Origin: an uncultured Candidatus Saccharibacteria bacterium
Lineage (GTDB): Bacteria; Patescibacteriota; WWE3; UBA101185; UBA10185
Length of the DNA: 64,000 bases
NCBI GenBank assembly: GCA_964615625.1
Contig: CAZTQT010000003.1
Location: forward strand, 4,379-68,378
Reading direction: 5' to 3'
The notes below the pieces were generated by a model that was not told the origin of the DNA, did not search any database, and worked only from the letters and a program-made list of their open reading frames with translations. The position numbers and the translations under genes were made by a program. The stretch's first letter is position 1. Each line of letters starts with the position of its first letter. This document shows positions 8,049 to 16,465 of this stretch, piece by piece.

Positions 8049-9386
8049 ATGTTAGATATTAATTATATTAAAGATAATAGAGAAATAGTTAAAAAAGTTG
8101 CCGAGCAACGAAAAGTAAAGGGTTTAGATATAGATGGGTTGTTATCTGATTATGAAAAATATTTAAAGGTTTTACGGGAAGTAGAGGCTTTAAGGCAAAA
8201 AAGAAACGAACTGTCATCTTCTATTTCAAAGGCTTCTGAAGAAGAAAGATCTGGAATAATCTCCCAAGCATCTGATGTTAAAAACGAGCTATTGAAATTA
8301 GAGGATGAATTAGGTGTGTTGAAAGAAGCTGTGGACAAGGCTTTGTCTTATGTTCCAAATATTGTTTCTCAAGAGATGCCTGTCGGAGAAGATGAGCAGG
8401 GAAATTTAGTTATTAAAGTCTGGAATCCGAAAAATGGCTATTTACATATTGATAAACCTCTTCCATACGATGATATATCATACGCTCCTAAAGATAGTTT
8501 TAACCACAAAGATCATATTGAATTGGGGACAAAATTAGACATTATAGATATAGAACAAAGTGGGAAGGTTTCTGGTAGTAGGTTCTATTATCTAAAATCA
8601 GAAGCAGTTATTGTCCTAGAGGCAGTGTTCTCTTTGTTAAAAAGCGAGTTGATTAGGAGAGGTTACACTCCTTTAATGCCACCATTAATGGTAAAGGAAA
8701 GATCTCTTTTTGGTACAAGCCATTTTCCTGAAGGTAGGGATCAGGTCTATAAAATATCAAATGATAATGTTGAAGGTGGTAGTGATCTATTTTTAATAGG
8801 ATCAGCTGAGCCTACAAATTTTTCTTATTTCATGGATAAAGTTTTGGAAAAAGATAAATTGCCTACCAAAGTGTATGCGCAAACAACTTGTTTTAGAAGT
8901 GAGGTAGGGTCTTGGGGAAAAGATGTTAGAGGTATAAAAAGAGTTCATCAGTTTGATAAATTAGAGATGAATTGTGTCTGCACTGAAGAGCAAGAAAGAG
9001 AAGTGTTTGATGAGTTTTTGGAAATAAATGAGTGGTTATACCAGAAACTTGAGATACCTTACAGAGTTGTAAATAAGTGTACCGGAGATTGTGGTTATAA
9101 CGCTTCTTATTTTCAATATGATGTTGAAGGCTGGAGGCCGAGTGGAAAAGAATACATGGAGCTAGGTACAAACACTATGACAACTGACTACCAAGCTAGA
9201 AGATTAAACATAAAGTATAGGGATGGTAACGAGCTCAAATTTGCCAGAACTGTAAACGATACAGGGGCTAGTACCAGACCCTTAATAGTGTTGTTGGAAA
9301 ATCATCAGCAGGAAGATGGGTCTATAAATATTCCTGAAGCTTTACAGAAGTACACTGGGTTTAGTAAGATCCTGCCTAAGAACTAA
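8049..9386 (+). CDS. serS: Serine--tRNA ligase
   Basis: MLDINYI, N-terminal coiled coil, GSRFYYL, motif 2 FRSEVGSWGKDVRGIKRVHQFDKLE, DYQARRL, ENHQQEDGSINIPEAL. Confidence 0.95.
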   Translation: MLDINYIKDNREIVKKVAEQRKVKGLDIDGLLSDYEKYLKVLREVEALRQKRNELSSSISKASEEERSGIISQASDVKNELLKLEDELGVLKEAVDKALSYVPNIVSQEMPVGEDEQGNLVIKVWNPKNGYLHIDKPLPYDDISYAPKDSFNHKDHIELGTKLDIIDIEQSGKVSGSRFYYLKSEAVIVLEAVFSLLKSELIRRGYTPLMPPLMVKERSLFGTSHFPEGRDQVYKISNDNVEGGSDLFLIGSAEPTNFSYFMDKVLEKDKLPTKVYAQTTCFRSEVGSWGKDVRGIKRVHQFDKLEMNCVCTEEQEREVFDEFLEINEWLYQKLEIPYRVVNKCTGDCGYNASYFQYDVEGWRPSGKEYMELGTNTMTTDYQARRLNIKYRDGNELKFARTVNDTGASTRPLIVLLENHQQEDGSINIPEALQKYTGFSKILPKN

Positions 9387-9406
9387 TTTATGGTACGATT
9401 TTAATA

Positions 9407-10096
9407 ATGACTATATTTGATGAGCTCAGAATGCCTAAAGTTATATGTGACGTTGAATCTGAGCTTAATGGTAGGATACGTGTTGTAGATGTTGGAAGAA
9501 CAAGAAAAATAGTTGTAGATAATATTATTCAATCTCTTAATCCAGATTCCCCAGCTTGTGGAAGACTGGTTTGGGGACAGTTGACAGACAAGCTAAAAGA
9601 AAATATGCCTGAAGCTGAGAAGGTTTTGATACTTGGCATGGGTGGTGGCACCATGGCCAGTTTAATATCAAGAAAGTTTCCTAATATAGATATAACAAGT
9701 GTTGAATATGACCCTGTTATGGTAGATGTTGCAAAGAAATTTTTTAATGTGGAGTCAATTCCGAACCATAAGATTATAGTTGCAGATGCCTTGCGTGTAG
9801 TGATAGAACCAGAGTCATACGACATGATCCCCAGCGGTTTTGATGTTTTAGTTGTTGATATTTTTAATGGTGAGAAATATCCAGATTTAGGGAAAACTGG
9901 TAATTTTATAGCTGCAGTAAAAAGGTTGGTTAGAGGAGGGGGTCTTGTTGTATTTAATAGGATATATACGGAACCTAATCAAGAAGATGTCAATATTTTC
10001 ATGGATAATTTAGAGGGTTATTTTTCTGATGTTAGTTATGAGGTAGTTGCAGGGTATACGAACTCTGACAATATTATTATCTTTGGGAGAGTTTAA
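9407..10096 (+). CDS. Spermidine-synthase-like class I SAM-dependent methyltransferase
   Basis: VLILGMGGG, VEYDP, DA, FDVLVVDIF; preceded by TGgTACGAT plus 7 nt. Confidence 0.7.
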   Translation: MTIFDELRMPKVICDVESELNGRIRVVDVGRTRKIVVDNIIQSLNPDSPACGRLVWGQLTDKLKENMPEAEKVLILGMGGGTMASLISRKFPNIDITSVEYDPVMVDVAKKFFNVESIPNHKIIVADALRVVIEPESYDMIPSGFDVLVVDIFNGEKYPDLGKTGNFIAAVKRLVRGGGLVVFNRIYTEPNQEDVNIFMDNLEGYFSDVSYEVVAGYTNSDNIIIFGRV

Positions 10097-10099
10097 ATT

Positions 10100-10918
10100 A
10101 TGTCTATAGTTCAGTCTATAATATTAGGAATTGTTCAGGGTGTGACTGAATTTTTTCCTATATCTTCAACAGCTCATCTTATAATTTTTCCTAAGCTTTT
10201 TGGATGGGAGGAACAAAAGTTAGTTTTTGACACCACTCTTCATCTAGCAACCGCGTTAGCATTGATTGTTCATTTTTGGAAAGATATTGTTTCTATAATA
10301 AACTCCTTTTTCAAAGATATATCCAAGCATGGTAAAAATATTAAACATTATTCTTCTGAATCAATGATGGGATTGAAAGTTATTGTTGGTTCTATCCCTG
10401 CGGGAGTAATAGGTTTTTTGTTTGGGGATCTTATAGAAAAAGTTTTTAGAAGCGTTTTTAGTGTAGTTGTTTTTTTACTAATGGGAAGTTTTCTAATGTA
10501 CTTAGCAGAGATAAATCATAAAAAAAGATTTTTGGTTAAAGATGAGATATCTTTGGGGAAAAGTTTTAAGGTTGGTTTGTTCCAATCCTTAGCTTTACTT
10601 CCAGGTTTTTCTAGATCTGGTTCTACTATGTCTGGAGGCATGTTTTTAGGTTTGAGTAGGAAAGAAGCAACTAGATTTTCATTTTTATTGTCTATTCCCG
10701 TTGTTTTGTTTGCAGGTGTATCACAACTTATTTCATCGTTAGATTATTTTAATATGGCAGACTTTCCTCCTGCATTTTTTGGTTTTGTAGCAAGTTTTAT
10801 AACAGGTTCATTTGCTATCAAATTCATGCTTAGATTTGTTAGAGAGAATAAATTACAACCATTTATCTATTACAGGGTTGTTTTAGCAATCTTTTTAGCA
10901 ATTTTATATATATTTTAA
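10100..10918 (+). CDS. uppP: Undecaprenyl-diphosphate phosphatase (BacA/UppP)
   Basis: GIVQGVTEFFPISSTAH, PGFSRSG, RFSFLLSIP. Confidence 0.95.
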   Translation: MSIVQSIILGIVQGVTEFFPISSTAHLIIFPKLFGWEEQKLVFDTTLHLATALALIVHFWKDIVSIINSFFKDISKHGKNIKHYSSESMMGLKVIVGSIPAGVIGFLFGDLIEKVFRSVFSVVVFLLMGSFLMYLAEINHKKRFLVKDEISLGKSFKVGLFQSLALLPGFSRSGSTMSGGMFLGLSRKEATRFSFLLSIPVVLFAGVSQLISSLDYFNMADFPPAFFGFVASFITGSFAIKFMLRFVRENKLQPFIYYRVVLAIFLAILYIF

Positions 10919-10943
10919 ATAATCTGCTAAAATTTTTATCTAT

Positions 10944-13493
10944 ATGTTTGGACTTTTTGATACTAATGAAAAACAAATAAAAAAATTAAGACCTATTGTT
11001 GATCACATAAATAGTTTAGAGGAAAGTGTTAAAAATTTATCTCAAGATGAAATAAGAGAAAAGACACTGAGTTGGAAAAAAGAATTCGAGGGTTTAAGTG
11101 TTGAAGACCAAGATAGGAAATTAGATAGAATCCTTCCAGAAGCCTATGCGTTAGTTAGAGAATCTGCCAAAAGAGTATTGAATATGCGACATTACGATGT
11201 TCAGTTATTAGCTGGGATTGTTTTACATCAAGGAAAGATAGCTGAACAAAAGACAGGAGAAGGGAAAACTTTAACGGCTACTTTGCCTCTTTATCTTAAT
11301 TCTTTAACAGGCAGAGGTGTTCATTTAGTTACACCAAATGATTATCTTTCAAGACACGGTGCTGGGTGGATGGGTTCTTTATATGATTATATGGGTGTGT
11401 CTGTAGGTGTAGTAATGCAAGAAAAAGCATTTGTGTACGATCGCGATTTTGAAGGAAAGAATTTTGAAGATTCTTATTCCATTCATTTAAAAGAAGTTTC
11501 ACGACAAGAGACATATAAGTGCGATATTGTTTATGGGACAAACCATGAGTTTGGGTTTGATTATCTTAGAGATAACATGGTTAGATCGTTGTCAGAAATG
11601 GTTCAGACTAACCCTAATGGAGATTGGGGTGTTCATAATTTTGCAATTGTTGACGAAGTGGATTCTATTCTAATAGACATGGCTAGAACTCCGTTGATAA
11701 TTTCAACTGCCGATGCAAAGCCAAGTGATAGATACCATCAAGCAAATTCTATTATCAAATCTCTTATAAAGGATACAGACTATGAAATGGAGGAAAAATA
11801 TAGAAATGTAACTTTGACTGATCTTGGTGTTAGAAGAGTGGAAAGGCTTTTGGGAATTGAAAATCTATATGAGCAGGATTTTGAGATGGTCCATTTAATA
11901 GAACAGGCTTTGTTGGCCAATACCTTATACGAAAAAGACAGGGATTATGTTGTTAAAAACGGTAGTGTTGTTATTGTTGATCAATTTACAGGAAGATTAC
12001 TTCCAAGTAACAGATTTTCTAACGGACTCCACCAAGCCATAGAAGCAAAAGAAGGTGTAACTATTCAACAAGAATCAAGAACCTTAGCTGAGATCTCATA
12101 TCAAAATTATTTTAGAATGTATAAAAAACTTGCGGGTATGACGGGTACCGCTGCTACAGAATCAGAAGAGTTTTATAAAATATACAAACTTGAAGTCATT
12201 GCAGTTCCTACAAACAAACCTAGCATCAGAAAGGATGATAATGATGTTGTTTACAAAACAGAGGCTGGGAAGTTTAAGGCTGTAGCTGATGAGATTGAAA
12301 AAAGATACAAAGCAGGACAACCGGTTTTAGTAGGAACTACTTCTGTTGATAAAAGTGAACTTTTACATAATTTTTTACAAAGAAGAAATATTCCTCACCA
12401 AATTTTAAATGCAAAAAATCATGAAAAAGAGGCTCTGATAATAGCTCAGGCTGGTAGAGAGGGTTCGGTTACAATTTCAACCAATATGGCAGGTAGAGGA
12501 GTTGATATTATTCTTGGTGGAGATCCGCCAGACGTGGAAATGCAGGAAAAAGTGGTTAATGCCGGAGGTTTGTGTGTTATAGGAACTGAAAGACATGAAT
12601 CCAGAAGAATTGATAATCAATTAAGAGGAAGATCGGGTAGGCAGGGAGATCCTGGAGAATCAAAATTCTTTGTTTCTTTGCAGGATGACTTAATGAGAAT
12701 TTTTGGTGGAGAGTCTGTTTCTAGAGTAATGGACAGGTTTGGATTGGATGAAAATGTCCCTTTGGAGGCAGGTATTGTTTCAAAATCTATTGAAAATGCA
12801 CAAAAACGTGTTGAGGGTTTTAACTTTGATAGAAGAAAACAACTAGTTGAGATGGACGATATTATGAATACACATAGGGAGGTTGTATATGAGCTTAGAA
12901 GAAGAATTTTGGAACTTGAAAATGGTAACGAGAGCCATAAAGAATGGTTAATTGGGAAATTAAGTCAATTCTCGGATCTTGATTATGATACTTGGGATCA
13001 AAAAGAAAAAGATTTTGGAAAAGAAACGTGGTTTCAAATTGTTAGTGGTTTTGGATGTCCTGTTATAGATTATCTTTGGATGAGCCATCTTGTTGATATG
13101 GATCAAGTAAGAGATGGTATTGGTTTGAGAGGTTATGCTCAAAGAGACCCGATGGTTGAATATAAAAGAGAGGGTCATGAAAGATTTGAGATATTAGTTT
13201 CAAAAGTTTATTCAATGATGGGTGAGAGATTATCCTCTGTTTCTAAAGATGTTTCACTAAAAGATAGGGTTTCAGATCAACAACAAAAATTAACATACCA
13301 TCAAAGTGAATTAGAGACAGGTGTTTCAGTTGAAGGTCAGGAGATTCAGGAACGTAAAGTTATAGATCAGAATTCTGGAAGAGAATTAAAGGTTGAAAAA
13401 ATAGAATCTGGAAAAGAGAAAGTTGGGAGAAATGACCCATGTCCGTGTGGTTCAGGTAAGAAGTACAAGAACTGCCACGGTCGAAATATCTAG
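10944..13493 (+). CDS. secA: Preprotein translocase ATPase SecA
   Basis: TGEGKT, DEVDSILID, TNMAGRG, QLRGRSGRQGDPG, SEC-C motif GRNDPCPCGSGKKYKNCHG. Confidence 0.98.
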   Translation: MFGLFDTNEKQIKKLRPIVDHINSLEESVKNLSQDEIREKTLSWKKEFEGLSVEDQDRKLDRILPEAYALVRESAKRVLNMRHYDVQLLAGIVLHQGKIAEQKTGEGKTLTATLPLYLNSLTGRGVHLVTPNDYLSRHGAGWMGSLYDYMGVSVGVVMQEKAFVYDRDFEGKNFEDSYSIHLKEVSRQETYKCDIVYGTNHEFGFDYLRDNMVRSLSEMVQTNPNGDWGVHNFAIVDEVDSILIDMARTPLIISTADAKPSDRYHQANSIIKSLIKDTDYEMEEKYRNVTLTDLGVRRVERLLGIENLYEQDFEMVHLIEQALLANTLYEKDRDYVVKNGSVVIVDQFTGRLLPSNRFSNGLHQAIEAKEGVTIQQESRTLAEISYQNYFRMYKKLAGMTGTAATESEEFYKIYKLEVIAVPTNKPSIRKDDNDVVYKTEAGKFKAVADEIEKRYKAGQPVLVGTTSVDKSELLHNFLQRRNIPHQILNAKNHEKEALIIAQAGREGSVTISTNMAGRGVDIILGGDPPDVEMQEKVVNAGGLCVIGTERHESRRIDNQLRGRSGRQGDPGESKFFVSLQDDLMRIFGGESVSRVMDRFGLDENVPLEAGIVSKSIENAQKRVEGFNFDRRKQLVEMDDIMNTHREVVYELRRRILELENGNESHKEWLIGKLSQFSDLDYDTWDQKEKDFGKETWFQIVSGFGCPVIDYLWMSHLVDMDQVRDGIGLRGYAQRDPMVEYKREGHERFEILVSKVYSMMGERLSSVSKDVSLKDRVSDQQQKLTYHQSELETGVSVEGQEIQERKVIDQNSGRELKVEKIESGKEKVGRNDPCPCGSGKKYKNCHGRNI

Positions 13494-13593
13494 AATTATC
13501 TACAAACTTTCGCACTGCAGTTCTTGCATTACTTCATGGTTATTAGCTTGCAGGTTTAAATCCTAAATAAATTATTCATAAAAATAATAAAAA

Positions 13594-13986
13594 ATGAAAG
13601 TAATAACAATTAAACAACCTTTTGCATCCTTAATTGCCGCGGGGATAAAGGAATATGAATTTAGAACTTGGAAAACCAAATATAGAGGGGATATATTAAT
13701 CCATGCAGGTAGAGGAATAGATAAAAAAGCAATGGAGAAATTTGAATTTTATAATTTGGATTATCCTTCCGGTTGCATAATTGCAAAAGCAAAATTAACT
13801 GATTGTATTAAAATAGGATCTAAAGAAAGAGACCTGTTGCAAAAGAAAAACCCAGCAGTTTACTCTAGCATAGTAAAATATAGTGGTTGGGATGGGTACG
13901 GTTTTAAATTAGAAAACATTGAAAAGATACCACCAGTTTATATTAAAGGTAATCTTGGTCTGTGGGATTACGATTATAACGAATAG
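13594..13986 (+). CDS. ASCH domain protein
   Basis: ITIKQPFASLIAAGIKEYEFRTW..YRGDILIHAG, GNLGLWD. Confidence 0.85.
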   Translation: MKVITIKQPFASLIAAGIKEYEFRTWKTKYRGDILIHAGRGIDKKAMEKFEFYNLDYPSGCIIAKAKLTDCIKIGSKERDLLQKKNPAVYSSIVKYSGWDGYGFKLENIEKIPPVYIKGNLGLWDYDYNE

Positions 13987-14002
13987 TATCTATAGACGGT
14001 CT

Positions 14003-15661
14003 TTATTGTCGAGCCTTTTGTAATATCAACTGTTCTACTGTTGATACACCCTGTACACATTCAGGATTATCTGGGCTAAACTCTAAACATTTTTCAAAGT
14101 AACTCCTTGCTTTTTCATAATCACCCTGTCCTATGTATATAACACCTAATTTGTATGCAGAAGGATAAAGCCTTGGGTTCATATCTAATGATTTTTGAAG
14201 ATGAAAAATGGCTTGAGGGTAATCTTTTTTGACCATATAAATATGTCCTACATTATGAACCGCATCTGCATAGTCTGGTTTTAAAGCCACCGATCTCTTG
14301 AAGTTTTCTAAAGCTCCGTCTAAATCACCTTCGTTTGCTAAAACATCTCCCATATTGTTGTAAACTCTGTAACTGTAAGGAGCTGTTTTTCTAGTAGCTA
14401 TCCATAGATTTTTACTATTTCTTAAATCTACATTTCTAACCACAGTTCTTATTGAGTACAAAGCAAGTATTATCAAAAACGAATAAGTGACAAAATTATT
14501 CTTTTTTCCACTTTTACTGTTTTTACTTATCTGTCCCTCTACCCATATTAAAAATAGAGCTATTAAAGTAGATGAAAATATAGTCGGTATATATAAATAT
14601 CTTTCAGCAGCTAGCCAAGCAATTATGATAGGGCTAAAAGAAGGAAGTATTGAAAAAAGAATCATGAGTAAAAGTCCTGATACTCTTATATCTTTTTTGA
14701 GAAAATAAAGTATCCCAGATATTACCACTAGAGTTACAACAATCATTAAAGAGTATTCCACGGAGCTTATGTAAGCACCTTCGTGGTAGATACTTAAAAT
14801 TATTGGGTAAAAAAGAGTTCTGAATTCCATATACACTATGTAGGGTATTCGGTTTATTAGTGGTGTAGTTGCGTCTGTGTTTACATAGTACAAAGTGTTC
14901 AGATCCTCTATTCTTCCTTTATAGAAACCAGGCAAGAGAAGTGCTGCAAATACTAAAGATATTATCAGTACTGGTAAATAAAATGTAATATTTTTGAAAT
15001 TTATTTTTTTCTCAATTAAAAATTGGTCCATTAACACCAATAGAAAGGGTGTTATAAACATCCATCCTTGGATTTGGAAAAATATCATGCTCAAAAGATA
15101 AATGAAGCTGGATATTATTAGATATTTTTTATTCCCTGATTTTCTGTATAGAGCAAAAAATATGAGGATAGGAAGTATCAAGTTGGCTCTTAAGGCATAA
15201 ACTTGTCCAGCATGCCAACTTATGGATTCTGTATTTGCTGGATGTGCCAGAAAAAGAAATGTTCCTATAATGGAGATCCGTCTATCAAACAGTATTCTAA
15301 GAAGTAAAAATGCCAGTACCCCATTTACCATATGCATTATTATTGATTGGACATGGAAAGCGGAGGAGCTCTCTCCGAAGATACGGTACATAATAGACAT
15401 TATCATCATATGACCGTCTCTGGCTTTCATGGCTACACTGAAATCTTGAACGATTGGCAATTTTAAGGTAATTGATAGATCATCTAGATTGACAAATTTT
15501 CCCGTTATTATGTTTGCATATATAAGTAAAGTGAAAGCAAATATCAAACCAACAATAAATTTGTTTTCTTTTATGTATTTAATTAAGTCTTGAAAATTTC
15601 TTACTTCGGAGCTTTCGTTGTTGGTTTCGAGCGCTTGTGTTTTGGTCTTCTTCTTTTTCAT
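14003..15661 (-). CDS. TMTC-like GT-C membrane glycosyltransferase with C-terminal TPRs
   Basis: FVNLDD acidic first loop, HPANTESISW, AERYLYIP, about 10 TM segments, TPR repeats (YNNMGDVL...NVGHIY...YKLGVIY). ATG 15661 chosen because it lies 7 nt after a TAAAAT box. Confidence 0.75.
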   Translation of the reverse strand: MKKKKTKTQALETNNESSEVRNFQDLIKYIKENKFIVGLIFAFTLLIYANIITGKFVNLDDLSITLKLPIVQDFSVAMKARDGHMMIMSIMYRIFGESSSAFHVQSIIMHMVNGVLAFLLLRILFDRRISIIGTFLFLAHPANTESISWHAGQVYALRANLILPILIFFALYRKSGNKKYLIISSFIYLLSMIFFQIQGWMFITPFLLVLMDQFLIEKKINFKNITFYLPVLIISLVFAALLLPGFYKGRIEDLNTLYYVNTDATTPLINRIPYIVYMEFRTLFYPIILSIYHEGAYISSVEYSLMIVVTLVVISGILYFLKKDIRVSGLLLMILFSILPSFSPIIIAWLAAERYLYIPTIFSSTLIALFLIWVEGQISKNSKSGKKNNFVTYSFLIILALYSIRTVVRNVDLRNSKNLWIATRKTAPYSYRVYNNMGDVLANEGDLDGALENFKRSVALKPDYADAVHNVGHIYMVKKDYPQAIFHLQKSLDMNPRLYPSAYKLGVIYIGQGDYEKARSYFEKCLEFSPDNPECVQGVSTVEQLILQKARQ

Positions 15662-15741
15662 CTTGATAATTTTACTATACAATTAAAAATTATTCACTTA
15701 ATATAACTGTGTTAGTAAGAAATTTTTCTCCTGTTGTTTTT

Positions 15742-16284
15742 ATGAAGTTAAAAAGCTTTATATTAGAAATAATAGAAACTATTTTAGTGTCTGGGGTTGT
15801 AATACTCCTAGTTTATTACTTTATAGCTTCTATAGAGGTGGTTTCTGGTTCCAGTATGGAACCTTATTTTCATTCTGGAGAGAGGATACTTGTTGATAGG
15901 GTGGCTGGAAGATCACGATTAAAAAGAGGAGAGATTGTTGTTTTTTACCCACCGGATAATGATACTTTGCATTATGTGAAGAGGATAGTAGGTATTCCTG
16001 GAGATATATTTAAGATAATTGATTGTAAAATTGTTATATCTAGGGGAGGGGAGCAGTTTATCTTAAGCGAGGATTACCTGTCTCCGGAGATTTGTACTAA
16101 AGCTGGGGGATTCTTGAGAGAAGGTAGGTCTATCAGAGTTCCTGAGGATAAATATGTCTTGCTCGGTGATAACAGGGATCATTCACTTGACTCTAGGAAT
16201 CTAGGCCTTATAGATGTTGATAGGATAGTTGGAAGAGTTGTATTTAGACTTTGGCCTATAAATAAAATCAATTTTATTAACTAA
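15742..16284 (+). CDS. lepB: Signal peptidase I (LepB type, Ser-Lys dyad)
   Basis: GSSMEP, YVKRIVGIPGD, LGDNRDHSLDSR, IVGRVVFRLWP; GTG 15709 is an alternative start. Confidence 0.92.
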   Translation: MKLKSFILEIIETILVSGVVILLVYYFIASIEVVSGSSMEPYFHSGERILVDRVAGRSRLKRGEIVVFYPPDNDTLHYVKRIVGIPGDIFKIIDCKIVISRGGEQFILSEDYLSPEICTKAGGFLREGRSIRVPEDKYVLLGDNRDHSLDSRNLGLIDVDRIVGRVVFRLWPINKINFIN

Positions 16285-16287
16285 GTA

Positions 16288-16316
16288 TTGACACCTATGT
16301 TTTATTGTGTTATTTT
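16288..16316 (+). promoter_or_regulatory. rpoB promoter
   Basis: TTGACA-17 nt-TATTTT with an extended -10 TG. Confidence 0.65.
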
Positions 16317-16465
16317 TCGCACTGTTCCAAGCTCGAGCAATAAAAATAAATAGTATATAAATGACCCAGTGTATTAGGGTGATTTTTTACTTTTGTTTAT
16401 TTAGTGCTTTTAAGATTTCGGTGTTTTGTAGTAAAATTTTACTTTAAGTAAGTCTTTTAAAATTA

